A DNA stretch of 64,000 nucleotides from a virus (lineage: Duplodnaviria; Caudoviricetes). Within the stretch, counting starts at the first letter, position 1. Each line of letters opens with the position of its first letter. A model generated the notes under the pieces. It saw nothing but the letters and a program-made list of their open reading frames with translations, did not search any database and was not told where the DNA came from. This document shows positions 59,219 through 64,000 of this stretch, piece by piece. A program made the position numbers and the translations under genes. The stretch lies in IMG/VR virus record IMGVR_UViG_3300042970_000025. One strand, written 5' to 3'.

Positions 59219-61503
59219 AACCGATGCCAGCCGAGCTTCACCAGGATGGCCCGAATTTTTGCTCCTTCCGCGATGGTAAGGTCGGCCCGGTTCTTTCCAA
59301 AACACTCGCACCAAATCTCCATGTTGGAGACGCTGGTGCGCTCAATCGTCCCGGTGCGAAGATCTGCTCCAAACTCGCTTTCACCATTTAGGAAGTTCCT
59401 CCGCTCATACAGGGTCATGCGGTCCCATTCGGAAGGGAGCTTGGTCTGAAGGTAGGAGACTACAATGCCTTCCCGCTCATCCGACTCCATGGCTTTAAGC
59501 TGCTCTGTCTTCGCAACATCCTGAAGCTCTGGCTCAAGGTAGAGCTTTTCACCAGCTTTAGCATACTCTAAGGCCTCTGCCCAGATCTGCTTGATGTCTT
59601 CCTCCGTAAGGTCCCAAGGGTGCCTGGCTAAACTTCCTGGTGTCTTGACTGGCCAGAACCTTCTGTTTCCTGTGGTGTCCCGAAGATACCCAGTCTCTGC
59701 GTTGGTGGTGCCAAAGAACACGCACTGGCGTGGGTGAGGCGTTGTGCGGCGCCCGAAAGACGCCCGGTAAATGTCGTTCTGGCGGGATAAAAAGGAACGG
59801 AGCGTTTCCACTTCTGCTTTTCTTAAACCTGCCAGCTCTCCAATCTCTAAGATCCAGTAACCCTGGAGCTTTTCTGCTGCGGTCTTATCTCTCGTATCAC
59901 TGAGGTTAAGAGAGTCCGAGAACCATTCACCGGCGAGCTTAGCGATCAGGGTTGACTTTCCAATTCCCTGAGGGCCGTTAAGGACCAGCATGGAGTCGAA
60001 CTTACAGCCAGGATGCATAACCCGGCATACGGCAGCGCAGAGGGTCTTTCTGGTGACGGCCCGGACATAGGCATTGTCTTCTGCACCGAGGTAATCGATA
60101 AGAAGGGTGTCGACTCGCTTCACGCCATCCCATGCGGGAAGTGATGCAAGAAACTCGCGGATAGGGTGATAGGATCTGTCGTCCGCCACCCTTGCCAGAG
60201 CGATCTGGTAGAAGCGCTGTGAAAAGTTTCCATAGTGTTCATCCACGTAGCTTACAAGCTGGGCGTCGTCTGCATCCCTCCAGTACTTGGTCGGATGATT
60301 CCAGGGCACCTCTCCTTTTATTTCCAGACAGTCAAGCTGCTGGTTGTAGACAATGGCCTTAAGGTTTTCATCGTTCTGAAGAATCAGAGTCAGGTTACCA
60401 AGTTCGTTCTCAATATTTCCTCTCCTGTTTAAGGTGAGCTTTCCCATCCAGTCTTCTGAATTGAATTCCTCCATGGCCTGCTCCCGGCGCTCTCCGGTTA
60501 TCAGCCCCCTGACCTTTGCGTCACCACGGGCAAGATCAATCATTGCCTTATACGACGGGAGTTTTGTCACCGGAGTGTCATCCGGGTACTTCTCATCAAG
60601 GTCTCTGAACTTATGCAGCCTGACTAAGTCAAAGGCATTAAGCAGCCTTCCGCAGGCTGGGTCGGTTGCGTGGTGGGAGTAGGAGAACTTGTGTTCATAA
60701 ATCACGACACCAGCCGAGGACTCGCCCTTGATATAGTCGTAGCGGCCAGAAATTACTGATGGCGCGTAGACATCAGGCAGGAAGGTTTCTATCGCGTCTT
60801 CCACGCTGTAGGCCCGGCAAAAACAGCCAATCAGGCCAGGTTTAGAAAGAGGGTCTTCCACTTTTTTAAGCGCGTTGTGCCGCACTTCAGACTGCCTGGA
60901 GGACACTGGCCAGGTGGATTCATCCCGCCAGTCGTCGTATCTAGAAAGGTAATCGTCCGGATCAAGCAACTTTCCATCGTGCTCCCTATAGAAAAACATC
61001 ACATTTGAAGAGGTGGACGGCCAGTACATCAGCCGGTGGGCTTCATAGGTCGAGTCGTCGAACAGGTCAATTCCGATTTCTTTAGCTGCCATACGTCCTA
61101 CCGCAGGATACTCGGCTTCCGATACCTCTCTTTTCAGAGGAATGATCATGCGAAGCCTCGGGTGCTCTGGGGTGTGCTTATGCGTGGAGTAGACGCAGAA
61201 CGAGTAGGGAAGTTTCGACAGGACTTCATCCCACACACCTGGCGTGCCGTAGTCCATGTCTAAGGCTAGAGCAGACCTAGAGAGGACGTGGCCTTTCTTG
61301 CGCCTTCCAGCTTTTAAGTGGCCAAGGACGTAGCCACCTTTATCTTTAATTTCTGCCTGCTTTGCTTTTGGCATCTTCTTGTATTCTTCTACCGTTTCCG
61401 TTGTTTTGATGGTCTGACTGACCCTGGTCTTGAAATCCTCCCAGCTGATTTCGCTGTTCTTCCAGTGAAGCTCTTTTCGGCTGTTTCCATAAGAAATCTT
61501 CAT
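59146..61503 (-). CDS. Primase-helicase, VirE/VapE family
   Basis: ALDMD, YSTHKH..PRLR primase region; GPQGIGKST; GTTN..DTTGNRRFWP. Confidence 0.92.
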   Translation of the reverse strand: MKISYGNSRKELHWKNSEISWEDFKTRVSQTIKTTETVEEYKKMPKAKQAEIKDKGGYVLGHLKAGRRKKGHVLSRSALALDMDYGTPGVWDEVLSKLPYSFCVYSTHKHTPEHPRLRMIIPLKREVSEAEYPAVGRMAAKEIGIDLFDDSTYEAHRLMYWPSTSSNVMFFYREHDGKLLDPDDYLSRYDDWRDESTWPVSSRQSEVRHNALKKVEDPLSKPGLIGCFCRAYSVEDAIETFLPDVYAPSVISGRYDYIKGESSAGVVIYEHKFSYSHHATDPACGRLLNAFDLVRLHKFRDLDEKYPDDTPVTKLPSYKAMIDLARGDAKVRGLITGERREQAMEEFNSEDWMGKLTLNRRGNIENELGNLTLILQNDENLKAIVYNQQLDCLEIKGEVPWNHPTKYWRDADDAQLVSYVDEHYGNFSQRFYQIALARVADDRSYHPIREFLASLPAWDGVKRVDTLLIDYLGAEDNAYVRAVTRKTLCAAVCRVMHPGCKFDSMLVLNGPQGIGKSTLIAKLAGEWFSDSLNLSDTRDKTAAEKLQGYWILEIGELAGLRKAEVETLRSFLSRQNDIYRASFGRRTTPHPRQCVFFGTTNAETGYLRDTTGNRRFWPVKTPGSLARHPWDLTEEDIKQIWAEALEYAKAGEKLYLEPELQDVAKTEQLKAMESDEREGIVVSYLQTKLPSEWDRMTLYERRNFLNGESEFGADLRTGTIERTSVSNMEIWCECFGKNRADLTIAEGAKIRAILVKLGWHRFEKKIRIPLYGSQWVYIPPERLRP

Positions 61504-61829
61504 GCGCGTTCCTCCTCAATCTGGTCCGTAAGAACCTTCGTGATAAACTTCAGAGCCTCTAAGATCGTGGAAAGCTCCGAGTCTCCACCAAGGATCAGTT
61601 CAAGCCCGCTATTGTCCTTAAAGTAATTTCTAAGAGGGCGAACCGTGATGTCCGTTCCTGCCATATCCTCGATTCGGATGTAGGTCCTGCTGCCATGGCC
61701 AGTGTCCCCACCGCAGTAGCCGTTTGTCCCAGCTTCAACCGAGAGGATGTTTGCGTCAAAGATCTCCCGTTTCCAGGTCTCGATTTCTTTTCCTTTGACC
61801 TGCCTTGTGTCTATTCTTGTTTCGTACAT
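61500..61829 (-). CDS. Conserved phage hypothetical protein
   Basis: VEAGTNGYCGGDTGHGSRTY; overlaps both neighbours. Confidence 0.75.
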   Translation of the reverse strand: MYETRIDTRQVKGKEIETWKREIFDANILSVEAGTNGYCGGDTGHGSRTYIRIEDMAGTDITVRPLRNYFKDNSGLELILGGDSELSTILEALKFITKVLTDQIEEERA

Positions 61830-62152
61830 GTAAACGCCTCCGTCCTGTGAAATCTTCTGATTGGGATTTCTCTTTTTATGGCCTCTGTTGCTTCAAGAAG
61901 CATGCCAGATGTGACCTTGCTTCCGAAGATCCAAAGCTCATCGCACTTTGATAGAATTTCCTTATTCATCGATAGCGCAAGGCTCCGCTCATCCGGGTTG
62001 CCGTCATCCAGAAATTGTGGAAACAGCAGATGGGGAGCTATCGGGATCCCGCCTAGATTTAAAGCGAATCTGCAGTAAGACTTGGCGAGATCTAGGTTTG
62101 CTTTCACATCGCCAGAGTAGGGGCTGCAGATAAAGATAAGTGGCCGTTTCAT
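61811..62152 (-). CDS. DUF4406-like (nucleoside deoxyribosyltransferase-like fold) protein
   Basis: FICSPYSGD..PIAPHLLFPQF..CDELWIFG..GM..E. Confidence 0.8.
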   Translation of the reverse strand: MKRPLIFICSPYSGDVKANLDLAKSYCRFALNLGGIPIAPHLLFPQFLDDGNPDERSLALSMNKEILSKCDELWIFGSKVTSGMLLEATEAIKREIPIRRFHRTEAFTCTKQE

Positions 62153-62189
62153 GACTTCACCTCCTGTAAAGTACTTGTGAGATAACTTC

Positions 62190-62228
62190 TACAGGTATTC
62201 CGTCAAAAGAAATGGGCAAGATCCGTAC
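62190..62228 (-). promoter_or_regulatory. GTACGGA/TTTGACGGA motif, copy 3 (N14)
   Basis: Immediately downstream of the sigma-like gene, upstream of the replication operon. Confidence 0.75.
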
Positions 62229-62234
62229 TTCTTC

Positions 62235-62933
62235 TTAGAAATTCCGCACGTGTTTTTTGAGCTCCGGGTCCTGCCTGAGCCTTTCGTAGATCCTCTTGAC
62301 CTTCCTCTGGATGACCCGCTCGTTCCGGCTTTTCATCCTGGCGTAGTTTGCGGCGGAGTGGTGCTCCAGAATCACATACTGAAAGATCTCCTGGTCTTCC
62401 TTACTAAGCGTACTTACGACTTCAAGGATCCGATCAAAGGCAGAGCCCTGGGTCTCGTTAAAATTCCAAAGGTCAAAGAGGGCAGAGGACTTGTCGCTGC
62501 AGCCTTCTTCTTCATCCGATGACAGGATCCGGTCTAAGGAATCAGTCCAGTTCTTTGGGAAGGCTTCTTTTACCGCTTCCTCAACGTATTCAGAAGATGG
62601 GGCGTAGCCGTGATCACGCATGAAGTTTTTGATGAACGCTTCTTTCCAGCCTTCCATTTCTCTTTTTTCTTGATCGCTGCGGTTTGGCCTTCTTGCTTTC
62701 AAGTTGTAGTAAACTTCTGAATCCTCGATCGAGTAGAGGGCTTTGATGTCTTCTTCTTTGACTCCGTCCTGGCCCGGGATGATTTCGAATTCTTCGATGA
62801 AATCAACATTTCTTCCTTCGTGCTGCTCACGCATTGGGAATTTGTAGGTGTAGGAATAACGCTTCTTCTGATCGGTCTTTCTAAGCTGATCAGCTTTGTT
62901 TTCTGTATGGACATAAACTTGTTTCCTTTTCAT
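62235..62933 (-). CDS. Sigma-70 region-4-like HTH protein
   Basis: C-terminal VVSTLSKEDQEIF...SAANYAR...VIQRKVKRIYERLR; GGAGG RBS. Confidence 0.65.
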   Translation of the reverse strand: MKRKQVYVHTENKADQLRKTDQKKRYSYTYKFPMREQHEGRNVDFIEEFEIIPGQDGVKEEDIKALYSIEDSEVYYNLKARRPNRSDQEKREMEGWKEAFIKNFMRDHGYAPSSEYVEEAVKEAFPKNWTDSLDRILSSDEEEGCSDKSSALFDLWNFNETQGSAFDRILEVVSTLSKEDQEIFQYVILEHHSAANYARMKSRNERVIQRKVKRIYERLRQDPELKKHVRNF

Positions 62934-62967
62934 CGTGTTTCCTCCAGTCCATCCCGAACCGAAGGAA

Positions 62968-63037
62968 GCATGGCAAAAAGAGCATGGCAGGCCTCTTCGG
63001 AACGAGATATTACGTTTCGATACGGCCAGCCATGCTC
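62968..63037 (-). terminator. Second leader hairpin/terminator upstream of the sigma-like gene
   Basis: gagcatggcaggcc / ggccagccatgctc arms, TTTTT on the minus strand. Confidence 0.6.
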
Positions 63038-63142
63038 GTAGGCTGGGTTACTTTAATTTTGTTTCTCACCTCTGCTCGAGCCACCTCTGCGCGCCGGGGT
63101 GAACAGGTGTAAGAAAGAGACTTTTACCGTCATCCTCAGGAC

Positions 63143-63219
63143 AAAAACAAAAAACCGGCAGACAGTTATCTCGACGCAAAAGGAAAAACTTCCTATTGCT
63201 TTTGATATCTGTCTGCCGG
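63143..63219 (-). terminator. First leader terminator
   Basis: Perfect 11-bp arms ccggcagacag / ctgtctgccgg, then TTTTTTGTTTTT on the minus strand. Confidence 0.75.
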
Positions 63220-63340
63220 ATTCTTCACGGTGCTCTGCGCTGTTGCGCTGCCGAGTTCAATACTTCGTGCAAACTTGTGATGCAGCCAGGCTCTTAGCGG
63301 TTCTCTGCCGGGTTCAGCTCGTGTACTGCAAACCCCAATA

Positions 63341-63532
63341 TTATTTTTTCAGATGGGCGGGTGATTTATTGGAATGCCTTAGGATCTCAACCGTTACTTT
63401 TCCATCCATGACTTCATAGTTAAGTAGGGCCCCGCATTTTGGGCAGGACGTTTCAGTGTTTGTCCCATCGCCGGAACGCCCAAGTCTATACCCACATTCG
63501 GGGCAGGTGGTGAAGAGCTTCATTGTGATCAA
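63341..63532 (-). CDS. Small zinc-ribbon protein, copy 2
   Basis: 61/63 residues identical to 227-418. Confidence 0.85.
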   Translation of the reverse strand: MITMKLFTTCPECGYRLGRSGDGTNTETSCPKCGALLNYEVMDGKVTVEILRHSNKSPAHLKK

Positions 63533-63544
63533 TCCCCCAATCTG

Positions 63545-63579
63545 TTAGATGATGTCTTTTAACACTTTGACAGCGATGC
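63545..63579 (-). pseudogene. lexA: 3' tail of a second lexA-like gene cut by the IS
   Basis: Reads IAVKVLKDII* versus IAVNVLKNIN* in copy 1; similarity stops abruptly at 63580. Confidence 0.8.
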
Positions 63580-64000
63580 TACAATGGTCCCATAGGGTTG
63601 GACAGGTATTCGGAAAATTATCGTGAACATGGTAGAATAGCAGTAGAAGAAAGGAGCATCTGTCATGGCACGAAGGACGAATTACAGCCCCGATTTTAAA
63701 GCAAAGCTGGTCATTGAGATCCTAGAAGGTGAGAAAACACTGAATGAGGTTGCAGCCAGTCATAACCTGAACCCGAATATGGTTCGGAGTTGGAAGAAAG
63801 AGTTCATAGAGAATGCGGGACGAGTCTTCAATGAACGTCAGTCGGAGAAGGAAATCCGCAGAAAGGAGGAGGACCTGGAACGGGATCGCGAGAGAATGCT
63901 GAAAACCATTGGTCAGCTCACCTTGGAACGTGATTTCCTCCAGGATTGCTTTCGCGAAACTGGATATCCCGTCCCGGATGTTGATAAAGAGAAATTCTGA
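63580..64000 (+). mobile_element. IS3-family element, left end and orfA (63665-64000)
   Basis: YSPDFKAKLVIE..TLNEVA..VRSWKK HTH, IGQLTLERDFL zipper; end tacaatggtcccatagggttggaca resembles IS3/IS150-type IRs. Confidence 0.85.

Larger units (their letters stand above)
63113..63579. repeat. Diverged direct repeat, copy 2
   Basis: Aligns with 1-466. Confidence 0.95.
19991..64000 (-). mobile_element. Prophage B, siphovirus-like, triple serine-recombinase type; continues right of the window
   Basis: Integration, replication, packaging, head, tail and lysis modules are co-oriented on the minus strand. Confidence 0.9.

Noticed and set aside
1-63579. Terminal repeats read as attL/attR or long terminal repeats of one 63-kb element
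   Set aside because: The copies are diverged, contain regulatory genes and lie far from the recombinases; paralogous modules of tandem elements fit better

Overview
Clostridia-like (Bacillota) accessory region made of two related, tandemly integrated elements. They meet at ~19976-20032, where a short remnant of the 3' end of rlmD/rumA (SHVECIALMSRVK*) marks a probable att junction. Left part (<1-~19990) is the end of element A: a structured leader, a Zn-ribbon gene, a lexA-like gene with an SOS box, then a defence island (WYL regulator, two-gene methylase/helicase RM system, GmrSD-type nuclease, GreA-C-domain protein, 5'-truncated BREX pglX-pglZ-brxL, HEPN protein). Right part (~19991->64000) is element B, a siphovirus-like prophage mostly on the minus strand: three serine-recombinase genes, a PolA module, lysis, tail, head and packaging genes, morons, SNF2/VRR-NUC/VirE replication genes, a sigma-like gene, and a second copy of the leader/Zn-ribbon/lexA module, whose lexA is cut by an IS3-family element. 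Main finding: the phage PolA carries a 309-aa intein (25871-26797) whose HNH-type endonuclease is not in frame but is overprinted in the +1 frame with its own strong Shine-Dalgarno, so 774 of 927 nt are dual-coding. Also seen: a candidate SOS > Zn-ribbon/RNA-leader antitermination > phage-sigma cascade with a three-copy promoter motif, three ori-like copies, and three single-base frameshifts in the tape-measure gene. Family assignments come from motif recognition by eye, not database searches.
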